DNA from: an uncultured Chloroflexia bacterium | GTDB taxonomy: Bacteria > Chloroflexota > Limnocylindria > QHBO01 | Assembly (NCBI GenBank): GCA_963806695.1 | Contig: CAWDYT010000008.1 | Location: 20,643-84,642, forward strand | Length of the DNA stretch: 64,000 nt | Direction: 5' to 3' | Shown here: positions 19,752 through 33,081 of the stretch, in pieces | Numbering within the stretch: the first letter of the stretch is position 1 | Layout of the letters: each line of letters starts with the position of its first letter | The notes under the pieces: model-generated | The model's input: only the letters and a program-made list of their open reading frames with translations | The model's database searches: none | Told to the model about the DNA's origin: nothing | Position numbers and translations under genes: made by a program

Positions 19752-21132
19752 AGGTCGACCTCCGGCTCGAATCGGACGACGGTCTCCACCACGTGCTGGG
19801 GCGCCATGCGCAGCTTCGGATCGCGGCGATCGATGTGACCCTGCACGGCGATGAAGGCCAGCACCGCCACGGTAAGGGCAATCGGGAAGGTGAATTGCCC
19901 GGCCACGGCGACCGCGGCCTCAGGCTGCACCACCGCGGTCACCCCGGTGATGGCAGCCGCCAGGACCTGGGCGACGACGCCGGTCGGCGCGAGCGGGTGC
20001 GCCTCGATGGGCGGCACCACGGTGATCGGCTGGCCGGCCGGGGCCGCCGGCTCAGGGCGGGCCCCGGCCGCTGTCTCGAGGGAGGCTGGTCCACGACGCT
20101 CCTCGCCGAAACCGCTCTCGATCGACTCGTCGACGATCGGCGGCAGGGCCATCGGCGGCTCGCCCATGGAGGGATCATTCGCCGGTTCCTGCACCGGCTC
20201 GGCCGGATCGGGCTCTGCACCGGCGCGGATCCCGGGTTCGGCTGCGGTTCCTGCACCGGCTCGGCCGGGCCGGGCTCCTGCACCGGCGCGGACCCCGGAT
20301 TCGGCTGCGGTTCCTGCACCGGTCCTGCCGGACCAGAGGGCGTGGGTCCGACCTGAGCCGGGGTTGGATCGGGCCTCGGGACCGGGGTTGGATCCGGCGT
20401 GGGCACTGGAGTCGGGTCCGGCGTGGGCACTGGAGTCGGGTCCGGCGTGGGCACAGGAGTCGGGTCCGGCGTCGGCACCGGGGTCGGATCCGGCGTGGGC
20501 ACCGGAGTCGGGTCCGGCGTGGGCACCGGAGTCGGGTCCGGCGTGGGCACAGGAGTCGGGTCCGGCGTGGGCACCGGAGTCGGGTCCGGCGTGGGCACCG
20601 GAGTCGGGTCGGGAGTGGGGGTCGGGCTCGGCGAGGACGTTGGATCGGTCGTTGCCACCCGCTCGACGGTGTCGGAGTGATCGTCCCATTCCGGCGCCGC
20701 CACCTCCTCGTCGCAGCTGAAGACGGAGCCGCTCACGACCGCGCAGACGTGGTCCATGCCCGCATTGGCGGCGACGTAGCTCACGGAACAGGTCCCGGAC
20801 GTCCCCGTCCAGCACTGCAGGTCGGGGCTGTTTCCTGGGCTGTTCGGGCTGTTCGGGCTCGACGGCGTGAAGAACCACCGCACGTGGGTGTTGCTGTCGC
20901 TTCCGACCGTCGGGCTGCCGGAGGCGTCGCTGACCTCGGCGGTCAGGACGACGGTCGACCCGATGGCGACCTGCAGCTGCTCGGGATCCACGTTGACACG
21001 CGTTCCGGGGGCAGCGAGGGAAGGGGCGGCAACGAGCAGGAGCATCGACCAGGCGAGGGCAACGGCCGTGACGGACGCCATCGGGCGGCGTCCGATGCGG
21101 AAGTGGCGCCGGCGGCCTGGTGTCTGGTTCAT
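19748..21132 (-). CDS. Secreted/surface protein: signal peptide, Cys-containing beta domain, Pro/Thr stalk, C-terminal TM with DRRDPKL tail (one indel near 20215)
   Basis: N-part from ORF 19939-22386 and C-part from ORF 19748-20878 join at a 1-nt deletion in a 63-bp repeat; stop overlaps the GTG of the GGDEF-EAL gene. Confidence 0.75.
20184..20322 (-). repeat. About 2.2 copies of a 63-bp coding repeat ([21 protein letters not shown])
   Basis: GGTTCCTGCACCGG starts at 20184, 20246 and 20309 (periods 62 and 63). Confidence 0.85.
20377..20616 (-). repeat. 10 tandem 24-bp coding repeats (PTPDPTPV)
   Basis: Unit GGGCACCGGAGTCGGGTCCGGCGT with mostly synonymous variants; a degenerate 11th copy is adjacent. 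Confidence 0.95.
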
Positions 21133-21310
21133 GCTCGGGTCATCGATGTCGCTCCGATCAGGGGGCATTCCTGAAGGTTGATGAACGGAACGATGCCGCG
21201 ACGAGGCCGGCGCGGCGAGGGGCGTAATCGTCACCCGTGGTACGCCCCGGGGCGGGCGCGCACCACCGCGATATCGGCCTCGTCGAACGAGTGTGCAGTC
21301 GGGTGCAGTA

Positions 21311-21331
21311 CCCCGTAGGACTCGAGTGCCG
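21311..21331. promoter_or_regulatory. DosR/NarL-like box, copy 1
   Basis: CCCCGTAGGACTCGAGTGCCG; 16/21 identical to the reverse complement of 40816-40836. Confidence 0.4.
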
Positions 21332-21376
21332 CGACCCGATGAGGTCCGGATCGGACGGGTGCGGTTAGGCCCGGAC

Positions 21377-22505
21377 TCAGTCGTCCGCGCGCACGATGCG
21401 GTAGATGAACCCGGCCTTGTCGTCGCTGACGTAGAGCGCGCCATCGGACCCGACCGCCAGGCCCGCGGGGCGGCCGAGAGCCCCATCGGCGCCGTCGGGC
21501 AGGAAGCCGGTTGCGAACGGCTCGGGGTCGCCTGCCGGCTCGCCGTCCCATGGCAGCCACCACAGCGCGTAGCCGACCTTGACCGACGAGTTCCACGATC
21601 CGTGGAGGGCAACCACGAGGTGATCCTCCCAGCCGACCAGGTCGAGCGGAGCCGTGTGGGCCGGGAACGGTCGCCGCCGGATCGCGCGACGCCGTCGCAC
21701 GCGGTCGCATCCGTCCCGAATTCGGGGTCGCGCAGGGAGCCCGCGTGGCAGCGCGGCCATCCGGCATCGGCACCGTCGACGAGCTCGTACATCGTCTCCG
21801 GCGGCTCGTCGTCGCCCAGCAGGTCGCGTCCCATGTTCGTCGCCCACGCGCGGCCGGTGGCAGGGTCCACCCAGACGCCCACGGCGTTGCGCAGCCCGAC
21901 CATCCACGGTCGCAGCTCGCCGTCCTCGACGACCTGCACCGTGGCGCGGCGCTCGTCCTCCTCGTCGCAGACGTTGCAGGACGAGCCGATGGACAGCAGC
22001 AGACGGCCGTCGGGCAGCACCGCCACGGTCTTGGTGCTGTGGCCGCCGGTCGGGAGCCCGCTGGCCACGGTCCGCCGATCCGTCTCCTCGAGGCCGTCGA
22101 GCACGACCTCGTACAGGGCGGCCTCGCCGGCCACGAGCAGCCGCCCATCCTCGGTCAGCGCGATGTCGTGGGCCGATCCGTAGCCGGAGCCGACCTCGAC
22201 GACCTCGTCGGCCACACCGTCCGCATCGGCGTCCGGCAGCGCCACGATGCGGTCCGCACCGCGCTCTGCGACGAGCAGCGTGCCGTCGGGCGCGACCGCC
22301 ATGAAGCGCGGGCCTGCGAAGGCCCTCGGCGAAGACCGACGCCCGAAAGCCGTCCGGCAGGCGAAGCTCGGCGCGGCCTCCCGCACCCGGCGTCGAAGTT
22401 CACGCCCATGAACGGAGCCAGCAGCGGTCGCAGGATCCAGCCGACGCCGAAGAGCAGTGCGAACGCACCGATCGCGAACAGGGCCAGGTTCCGAACGCGG
22501 CGCAT
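21377..22505 (-). CDS. PQQ-dependent sugar/sorbosone dehydrogenase family beta-propeller (indels)
   Basis: N-terminal TM; [58 protein letters not shown]. Confidence 0.85.
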
Positions 22506-22568
22506 CGGTGGATGCTAGGCCGGCCCGGACTGGGCATCGGCGGTGGACGACGCTGCGAGAATGCGGCG

Positions 22569-24587
<2,019 letters not shown>

Positions 24588-24632
24588 GGCGGCGAGTCTA
24601 CCGCAGGACCGATGCCGCCCTCGACCTCCGGA

Positions 24633-25378
24633 TCAGCTCTCGGCCGGAGTCCGACCGGTTCCGGCGGCGAGCGCCACGTCGATCATGCGGTCGATCGCCA
24701 GGTTCAGCTCGTCGAGCGGCAGGTACGTCTCCTCGGTGGTCGCCTCCTCCGACAGCACGTCGCTGACCGTGAGCGCGCATGCCGCCTGGACCCCGGCCCG
24801 GGCGGCGAGGAAGAAGAGCGCCGACGCCTCCATCTCGAAGGCGAGCACGCCGCGCTCCCGCCACCGCTTCGCGTAGTCGTCATCGGTGTTGTAGAAGACG
24901 TCGACCGACGCGACCAGCCCGGTCTGCGCCTCCACGCCGACCGCGGACGGCCGCGTCGACCAGCGCGCGGGTCAGCTCGAAGTCGGCGGCCGGCGCGTAC
25001 GGGCTCGCCGTGCAGGTACGTGCGTCGTGGCGCCGTCGACCGGGCAGGCCGCGGTGGCGATGACGAGATCGCCGGTGCGGAGCCCGTCGCCGATCCCGCC
25101 GCAGGTCCCGACCCGGATGAGCCGTCGCGCGCCGAGGCGCAGCAGCTCCTCGACCACGATGCTCAGGCTCGGCGTGCCCATGCCGGTCGTCTGGACGCTG
25201 ACCGGCGCGCCCGCCGAACGTGCCCGTGAAGCCGAGCAGGCCGCGATGGTCGTTCACCTGGCGCATCGATGCCCCCGTCGAAGCGCTCGGCGATGCGGCG
25301 GGCACGGTTGGGATCGCCGGGGAGGAGCACGAGCGGCGCGTAGTCGCCGTCCTCGGCGCGGAGATGGATCTGTGGCAT
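24633..25378 (-). CDS. deoD: Purine-nucleoside phosphorylase, DeoD type (indels)
   Basis: VLLPGDPNRARRIAE, GMGTPSLSIVVEEL, IRVGTCGG, FEMEASALF, LTVSDVL. Confidence 0.85.
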
Positions 25379-25451
25379 GCCGGTAGCCTATCCCAGCCGG
25401 TCCGCCGAGCGCGAGTTGGCCCGTCGCGATTGCTCAGGTGGCGAGGAAGCC

Positions 25452-25990
25452 ATGACCGAGCGACTCGACCGGGCGTCTACCCCGACGGCATCTCCGACCG
25501 CCACATCCGGCCGGTGACCGGCTGGCGACGCAACGCCAGCCCGGTCGGGCTGGCGGTGTTCGGCGTGGTGGTCGTGCTGGCGTGTCAGCGGCCTGCTCGG
25601 ACACGAGCGGACGTGGGAAGCCGCAGGCGAGTCGGCCGCGTCCCTCGAGGTGCACGCCCCGGAGATCATCCGCAACGGCGAGTTCTTCGAGATGCGCGTG
25701 CGGGTCGCGTCGCACGAGCGCCATCGGCGAGCTGGTCGTGGGGATCGACGAGGCGCTGTGGGAGGACATGACGGTCAACACCCTGATCCCCGCGGCCACC
25801 GAGGAGACGAGCGAGGACGGCGAGACCGATTCACCTTCGCCGAGCTGGCCGCCGGGACGACGTTCCTGTTCAAGATCGACGTCCAGGTCAACCCGGACAT
25901 CGTCATCGGCAACGAGGGCAGCGTGACGATCTACGACGGGAGCCGATGAGCTCGCCACGGCCGACCTCTCGATCACGGTGCTGCCCTGAT
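25452..25990 (+). CDS. Hypothetical membrane-anchored protein (indels; boundaries approximate)
   Basis: Coherent fragments in three frames: RHIRPVTGWRRNASPVGLAVFGVVVVL, EVHAPEIIRNGEFFEMRVRV, LWEDMTVNTLIPAATEE, FLFKIDVQVNPDIV. Confidence 0.55.
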
Positions 25991-26499
25991 GGACATCGCG
26001 CTGCGGGCCACGGTCATCTTCGTCGCGCTGTACGTGCTCGTGCGGCTGATGGGCAAGCGGGAGCTCGGGCAGATGACGCCGTTCGAGCTGATCGTCCTGG
26101 TCGTCATCGGCGACCTCATCCAGCAGGGCGTGACGCAGAACGACTTCAGCCTGACCGGGCGCCATCATCGCGGTCTCCACCATCGCGCTGCTGGCGCTGC
26201 TCATGAGCTGGGCGGCGTACCTGTGGCCGTGGGCCGAGCGGCTGCTCGAGGGCGAGCCTCGGGTCATCGTGCGCGACGGTGAGATCCTGACGCCCAACCT
26301 GCACCGAAGCCGCCTGACGGCGTCCGAGATCGAGTCCGAGATGCGGCTGGCCGGGATCGGGACGCTCACCGACGTGGCGTGGGCGATCCTGGAGCCCAGG
26401 GGCAAGATCAGCTTCATCCAGCGGGACCGTTCGGGCGACGGCGATGGCGAGGAGCCGCCGCCCAACCCGCGCCAGGCGGAGGACGACGGAGCTGCCTGA
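25989..26499 (+). CDS. DUF421/YetF family membrane protein (one indel)
   Basis: RLMGKRELGQMTPFELIVLVVIGD, EGEPRVIVRDG, AILEPRGKISFI. Confidence 0.85.
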
Positions 26500-26528
26500 G
26501 GTCTCGACCCGCTAGCATCGGCGGCGGA

Positions 26529-27363
26529 ATGACCAGCCGATGGACCGATGAGCTTCGCTTCGCCACCGATCTCGCTCGACGCGCCGGCGCGCTGCTGATC
26601 GAGAGCTACGAGCGGATCGAGCGCATCGACTACAAGAGCAAGCGCGACGTCGTGACGAACGCCGACTACGCGTCGGAGCGGCTCGTCATCGACGCGATTC
26701 ACGAGCGATTCCCGGGCGACGCGATCCTGGCGGAGGAGTCGGGCGAGCATGCCGGCGTGCTGCGCGACGACGGCTCGCACAACGGCCGGACCTGGGTCGT
26801 CGATCCCCTCGACGGGACCGTCAACTACGCGAACGGGATCCCGTACTACTGCGTCAGCATCGGCCTCGTGGTCGACGACCGCCCGACCGTGGGAGTGATC
26901 TTCGATCCCGCCCGCGACGACCTGTACGACGCGGTCGCCGACGGGCCGTGCGCGGCTCAACGGCGGCCCGGTGCGGGCGTCGACCAAGGAGAATCTCGGC
27001 GACTACGTCGTGAGCCTTGCCGTGATCGGTCGTGGCGGCCTGATGCGCGAGCGGACGGATCGCGCCGCTCATCCGCATCCATCGGCGCATGGGCAGCGCC
27101 GCGCTGTCGCTGGCGTACGTCGCCAACGGGCGCTTCGACGCGTTCGTCCAGAATGGCGGCCTCTCGCCGTGGGACGTCGCGGCGGCCGGCCTGATCGCCG
27201 AGCGGTCGGGGGCGGTGGTCACGAACATCAGCGGCGGGCCGTGGTGGGATCCGCGCGTTCGTGGGACCACGCACCAGCGTCGTGGCGGCGCCGGCCGCGC
27301 AGCACGGCGCGCTCATGGAGCTCCTGGCCTCCGTCCGCACCTCGCGTCCAGACGCCGCCGCTA
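26529..27363 (+). CDS. Inositol monophosphatase family (SuhB-like; indels; 3' end approximate)
   Basis: [53 protein letters not shown]. Confidence 0.85.
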
Positions 27364-27990
27364 GGAGGCCGGCCGCGCCGGCCTCGAGGACGTGGGCGAA
27401 CATCCCGAGCGTGAGCGCGGTGGCGCCCCACACCCGCACGCCGCCGTAGCGGTATGCGCCGGCGACGATCCGGAAGCCGCGCGACTCGAACTCCTCGTCG
27501 CCGAGGACATCGGGGTCGAACAGCGCGGAGAGCGGCAGCTCGACGATCGACGCCACCTCGGCATCGTGCGGCACGAGCGTCGGCCGTGCCGGCAGCGCAC
27601 CGATCACCGGCCGCAGCTCGTAGTTGCTGACCGGGATCCAGACGTCGTCGAGCTCGCCGAGGATCGACGACCGCCGCCGGCTCGAGGCCGATCTCCTCCC
27701 ACGCCTCGCGCAGCGCGGCGGCCTCGGGCGACGCGTCGTCCGGGTCGACGGCGCCGCCCGGCAGCGACACCTCGCCGGCATGGGAGCGCAGCGTCGGCGT
27801 GGCGGACGGTCAGCGGCACGACGCAGCCGCCCGTCGTCACCGGGGTAGATCGCCAGCAGCGTCGCGGCCGGCCGCGCCGGCGGGAACGTGGAACGGTCGA
27901 ACCGGCCGCGCACGACCGTCCCGTCACGCGTGCGTGCGAAGAGGCGCTCGTCCAGCGGGATCGGACGCGGCGACGCGGGCCACCGCATCG
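27361..27990 (-). CDS. Nudix hydrolase, CoA pyrophosphatase type (indels; ends approximate)
   Basis: [22 protein letters not shown] Nudix box, VWGATA. Confidence 0.82.
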
Positions 27991-28035
27991 GCGATGGCGG
28001 CCTGCCATCCGTCGGCAGCGCGTAGAATCCGATCC

Positions 28036-28480
28036 ATGCTCCAGGCTCACCTCGACCGGGACGGCCGCGTCCGCGAGGTCCTGTACCGCACCCGCGTGCT
28101 GGTCAACCGTACGCCCGCATTTCAGCAAGTCGACGCGCAAGGAGGCGAACCGGGCGCTCGACGCGCTCGAGAACCAGCTTGGGCTGCAACCAGGTCAACG
28201 CGCGGAGTCGGCGCGCGGCATCGAGCTGCTGAACCGCGCACACTGCGTCGCTCCTGTTCGGCCTTCTGCGGGAGCACGGATTCGTCGAGCGCTTCGCGCC
28301 GCCCTGCGCCGCTCGGCCTCGCGGCATCAACGATCGGCTCGACGAGATCCCGCACTCCGTCATGGCCCAGCCGATCGCGGGCCCGACCGACGGTCGCCAG
28401 CACCGCGACGACCTGGCGGCCGAGCAGCGGTTCGACGCCGACGGCCGCCCGCTCCCGCCGCCGCCCGGCTACTACCTAGC
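28036..28480 (+). CDS. Hypothetical protein (indels)
   Basis: TAGAAT 7 nt before the ATG; coding-like fragments MLQAHLDRDGRVREVLYRTRV, EANRALDALENQLG, LFGLLREHGFVERF. Confidence 0.45.
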
Positions 28481-29330
28481 CGCGGTCGGGTCGGGCGCCG
28501 CGGTCCCGTCCCGCGCCCGCAGCGCATCGACAGGCGGCCTCGGTCGGCGTCGATCCGAGCCCCAGCCGGTCGCCGACGCGCGCCGCCAGCGGCGGCTCGA
28601 GGTAGGTCGACGCAGCAGCTCCGCAGCCCGTCGGCCGCGAAGACCTCCGCCGGCGTGCCGTCGAGCAGGACACGCCCGCTCGCGCATGACCACCACGCGC
28701 TCGAACGTCTCGGCCACGAACCGCATGTCGTGGCTGATGGCGATGACGGTCCGTCCGGCGTCCGCGGCGCAGGCATCGACGATCGAGCGCACGCGCTCCA
28801 CGCCGCGCGCGTCCTGGCCGGTGGTCGGCTCGTCGAGCACCAGCACCGGCGTGCGCATGGCGAGCACCGAGGCGAGCGCCAGCAGCTTTCGGCGCGAGTG
28901 CGCCGAGGTCGTACGGGTTGGTTCGTCCTCGCCGCGGAGCCCGGCCGCCATCGAGCGCGGCATCGACCGCGGCCGCGAGGTCACCGCCGCGCATCGGCCC
29001 AGGTTGCGCGGCCCGAACTCCACCTCGGAACGCACGGAGCCGGCGAAGATCTGGCGGTCAGGGTCCTGGAAGACGAGGCCCACGCGCGACCGCCAGCTGC
29101 GCGACGGTGCAGCGTTGCCGCGTCGCTGACCGTCGACCAGCACGCGCCCCTCGGTCGGCCGCAGCAGGCCGTTGAGGTGGCGCACGAGCGTGGTCTTGCC
29201 GCTGCCGTTCTGGCCGACCAGCGCCACCACGTCGCCGGACGCGATGGTCAGCGTCACGCCGTCGAGCGCGCGGACTGGCCCCTCGCGGTAGACGTGGCAC
29301 CGAGCCGTGCTCGAGCGTGCGATCGGTCAG
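28476..29330 (-). CDS. ECF transporter ATPase A' (indels; boundaries approximate)
   Basis: GQNGSGKTT Walker A, VFQDPDRQIF, VLVLDEPTTGQD, ISHDM. Confidence 0.82.
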
Positions 29331-30144
29331 CCTCGGCCGCCTCCGCAGCCGGCCGGGTCGAGGCCGGCGGCCATCACGGCCGCGCGCGCCAGTCGCACGG
29401 CCGGCGGGCGGGGCGACGCCGAGCTCTCGGGAGGCGCGGATCGGCCAGCACCTCGGCGGCGGGACCGTCGAGCGCGATCGGCGCCCTCGACGAGCGACGA
29501 CGACGCGGCTGGCGACGGCGGCCAGCAGGTCCGTCTTCTGCTCGCGATCAGGATGCAGGCGCCGTCGGCCGGCCAGGCGGCCGATGGCTTCCGCCACGAG
29601 CGTCGTTCCCGGCCGGGTCGAGCTGCGCGGTCGGCTCGTCGAGGACGAGGTGCTCCGGCCGCATCGCGAGCAGGCCGGCGATGGCCACGAGCTGCTGCTG
29701 ACCGCCGGACAGCCGCGCGGATCGCGCTCGACCAGCGACTCGATGCGCAGGGCGACGACGGACTGCCACGTTCGTTCGCAGCGACCTCGTCGCGCGGCAG
29801 GCCGAGGTTCATCGGCCCGAACGCGATCTCCTCGAAGACGGTATCGGCCACCTGGCTGAGCTGCGTGGCCGGGTTCTGGAAGCCGATGCCGATCCGCTCC
29901 GCCAGTCGGTACATCGGCCAGGCGTCCACGTCCTCGCCGTCCAGCTCGATCGTCCCGCGGATGCGCCCGCCGATGGCGCGCGGCGCGAGACCGCTGACGA
30001 CGAGGCACAGCGTCGTCTTGCCCGCTTCCGAGGGACCCGCCAGCCCGACCACGTCGCCTCCGGCAGCTCGAGGTCGATGTCGAGCAGCGATGGGCGGCGA
30101 CGCCGGCGTACCGGTAGCCGACGCCCGAGAGCCGCAGCGGTCAT
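29327..30144 (-). CDS. ECF transporter ATPase A (indels)
   Basis: [36 protein letters not shown]. Confidence 0.82.
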
Positions 30145-30971
30145 GCGGCCCGACCCGCGCGATGCGCGCCACCATCAGCGCGACCAGCGCGACCACGAGC
30201 GCCCAGCGAACCACGGCCTCCACCGGGCGGTCCGCGGGCGTCCAGAGCAGGGTCCGCCGGCCGGGTCGAGTGAATCCGCGCGCCTCGAGGGCCATCGTCC
30301 GCTCCTCGACCTCGGCGATCGAGCCCAGGATCACCGGGCCCGACGATCGGCAGGATCCCGCGCACCCGACGCCAGACGGAGCCCTCGGTGTCGAGGCCGC
30401 GGGCGCGCTGCGCCGCGGTGATGTGCCCGGCCCGCTCGACCATGGCCGGCACCGTCTGGACCGACGCGTTGGCCACGAACGCGACCCGCGGGCTCACGCC
30501 GCGCCGCTCGAGGTCGACGACGAGGTCGCCGGGCCGGGTGGTCAGGTAGAAGAGGGTGATGGCGCCGCTGATGGCGACGATCCGGGCCAGGATCTCCAGG
30601 GCGAAGGCGAGCCCCTCGGCGGTCGCCGTGATCGGGCCGATCTGCAGCAGGACCGTCTCGCCGCCCGGAAAGAAGAAGAGGTTGACGAGGACCGCCGACA
30701 CGGCGATCGGCAGCGACAGCAGCAGGGTGGTCCGGATCAGGCGACCCAGCACGCCGGCGGCGATGGCCGGACCGATGACGGCGACGACCACGAGCACCGC
30801 CGGCCCGACCAGCCCACCGAGGACGACGGCGGCCAGCGCCGTCACGGTCGCCAGCGTCGCCTTCGTCAGCGGGTTGAGGCGGTGGAAGGCGCTCGGCCCG
30901 GGGGATGCGAGGAAGGCCGGGACGTCGCGGCCGGTCGCCGCGATCTCGCTCAGGCGGTCGCTCCCCGCCAC
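30141..30971 (-). CDS. ECF transmembrane T component (EcfT/CbiQ-like)
   Basis: FHRLNPLTK, AQRARGL, ALEARGF XRX motifs; possible GTG start at 30971 after GGAGGAGG; one indel near 30335. Confidence 0.8.
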   Translation of the reverse strand: MAGSDRLSEIAATGRDVPAFLASPGPSAFHRLNPLTKATLATVTALAAVVLGGLVGPAVLVVVAVIGPAIAAGVLGRLIRTTLLLSLPIAVSAVLVNLFFFPGGETVLLQIGPITATAEGLAFALEILARIVAISGAITLFYLTTRPGDLVVDLERRGVSPRVAFVANASVQTVPAMVERAGHITAAQRARGLDTEGSVWRRVRGILPIVGPGDPGLDRRGRGADDGPRGARIHSTRPADPALDARGPPGGGRGSLGARGRAGRADGGAHRAGRAA

Positions 30972-32054
30972 TCGCCCTCCTCCTCGGGCACGCGCCTCCT
31001 CCTCCTCGAACAGCCGCTCGCCCTGCGGGAAGCGTGCCTTCGTCCGTCGGGCCATGGCCGAGACGATGAGGTAGACGACGAAGAAGGTGGTGATCTTGTC
31101 GATCGGGTCGCTGATCAGGCCCTGGCCGAGCGTCGCGGCCCCGATGTCGGCACCTCCCTGGCGGAACGCCGCGACCAGGAAGTCCGTGCCGGAGCCGGTC
31201 ACGCCGCCGAACACGCCGGCCGCGATCGGGGCGCTGATCAGCGCCGCCACGATGCCCGTCACCATGCCGGTCACCACCACGTAGGTCGCGGTCAGGTCGC
31301 GCCGCACGATCAACAGCGCGAAGAGGCCGACGACGGTCGCGACCACCAGCGCCAGGGCGAGCCACCCGATGATCACGAAGATCGCGTTGTCGGAGGTCGG
31401 CGTCAGGCTGGTCGGCCCAAGGGCCGCGGTGTACCCGAGGTAGGCGAGGTACGCGAGCCCGCCCACCACCACGGCGGTGATCGCGCCGCCGATGAGCAGC
31501 TCGCGCGTCGGCCGGTTCGGGCGCGGCCGGAGCATTCCAAGCTGCCCCGCCACGCCGGCAAGCAGGCCGATCACCGCTGCCACGACCGCGAATGCGGCCG
31601 CCGGCGGATACTGGAACGGCGGGGGGATCACGTATGCCCACAGGACGTTGGCGAGCATCCCTGTCGCGGCTCCGGCAAGCGGACCGGCCAGCACGCCGAC
31701 CAGGATCGTCCCGATCGAGTCGAGGTAGATCGGGATCTTCAGGGCGGCGGCGACGGTCTGACCGAGGATGATGTTGAGGGCGATGGCGATCGGCATCAGG
31801 ATGAGCGTCCGTGTCGTGAACTGGCTTGTCACCGACGAGATGGTGCCGGTCTGAATCCGCTCGACGACCAGATAGACCGCGATCGCCACGAGGAGCGCCA
31901 CGCCGAGGGTGAGGGCCAGGACGTCGGCCACCGCCTGGTAGGCGAACGTGACCGGGTCTGCCTCACCGGCCTCCGGGATCCCTCCCGCCATGACGATGCC
32001 GGCGGCCACGACGACCACGAAGGCGACGAGGGTCGCGATCCATCGAACGAGCAT
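30950..32054 (-). CDS. ECF substrate-binding S component with extra TM helices (in frame with EcfT as sequenced)
   Basis: TLILMPIAIALNIILG, IPIYLDSIGTILVGVLAGP, FGGVTGSG, SDPIDK. Confidence 0.75.
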
Positions 32055-32084
32055 CTGACCTTCCTCTGGTATCGGTGCGGGTGG

Positions 32085-33074
32085 CTAGCTGTACGGCGCG
32101 CTGACGGCGCGCGCGAGGCGGGACAGGAGCTCGGCCCGCATCCCTTCAGCGTCGATGCGGGTGGCGAGCGTCACCGGCGGCCGTTCGTCAGACTCGGAGC
32201 GGAAGAGGCTGCCGGCCAGGTAGGGGTCGGAGCTGGTGTCGCAGGCGAGGACCTCGCTGACCTCCTCTGTCACCAGGTCCGGGCGGAGGAGCGAGCCGAT
32301 CAGCGCGACCGGATCATGCAGGTACGCGCCGTCGATGCCATCGGCCTGCTGGTGGAATCCGACGTAGAAGCGGACCGCGTCGCGGACGATGCCCGCGAGA
32401 TGGGTGTCGGGCAGGGCCGCCAGGTCCTCCATCCGAAACACGACGTCCTGCGTCGCATCCAGCGGGAACATCCGGTGCAGGGCTCCCGCGCGAAGGCAGA
32501 GCTCGGCGGCCTCGGGGTCGACGCACGCATTCCACTCGCCGGTCTCCGTCGTGTTCCCGCGCTCCTCGAGCGTGCCACCCATCCAGATCACCTCGCGCGC
32601 CGCGCGGTGGAAGTCGACGCCCTGCTGACTCGCGGCAGCCAGGTTGGTCAACGGCCCGAGGGCGAGGACCGTCATCTTTCCCGGATGCCGGGTGAGATGC
32701 GCCCCGAGATAGCGGCTGGCAGGGATGGCGGTGTACTCGGTCGTCCCCAGCTGGCGGTCCTCGCCGCGCAGCTCGACGTAGCCGGTCCCGGTCGGGCCGT
32801 GCGTGTCGGGCGCCGTGCGCAGCCGGCGCTGAAGCGGGCGGGCGGCGCCGATGCTGACCGGCACGTCGCCGCGGCCGACCATCCGCAGGATCTTGCCGGT
32901 GTTGCGTGCCACGTGGTGAATCTCGACGTTGCCGGCGACGCAGGTGACGCCCCGGAGGTTGAGCTCGGGGCTGGTGGCGGCGATCAGCAGCGCGATCATG
33001 TCGTCGATCCCGGTGTCGACATCCAGGATCAACGGCCGGGGCACGGCCTGCTGAGGGGTGTCCTCCACGTCCAT
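32085..33074 (-). CDS. Inosine/uridine-preferring nucleoside hydrolase family
   Basis: LDVDTGIDD (DxDxxxDD), VAGNV, LGPLTNLA, EWNACVDPEAA, LHDP. Confidence 0.9.
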   Translation of the reverse strand: MDVEDTPQQAVPRPLILDVDTGIDDMIALLIAATSPELNLRGVTCVAGNVEIHHVARNTGKILRMVGRGDVPVSIGAARPLQRRLRTAPDTHGPTGTGYVELRGEDRQLGTTEYTAIPASRYLGAHLTRHPGKMTVLALGPLTNLAAASQQGVDFHRAAREVIWMGGTLEERGNTTETGEWNACVDPEAAELCLRAGALHRMFPLDATQDVVFRMEDLAALPDTHLAGIVRDAVRFYVGFHQQADGIDGAYLHDPVALIGSLLRPDLVTEEVSEVLACDTSSDPYLAGSLFRSESDERPPVTLATRIDAEGMRAELLSRLARAVSAPYS

Positions 33075-33081
33075 CGGCCGC

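Noticed and set aside
20377-20616. Tandem repeats as a CRISPR array
   Set aside because: No unique spacers, unit is 24 bp in frame with mostly synonymous variation, and no cas genes
19939-22386. Apparent 815-aa fusion of the PQQ-type dehydrogenase with the Pro/Thr surface protein
   Set aside because: Produced by indels; the dehydrogenase ends with its own stop at 21377 in another frame, and the intervening translation is non-coding-like
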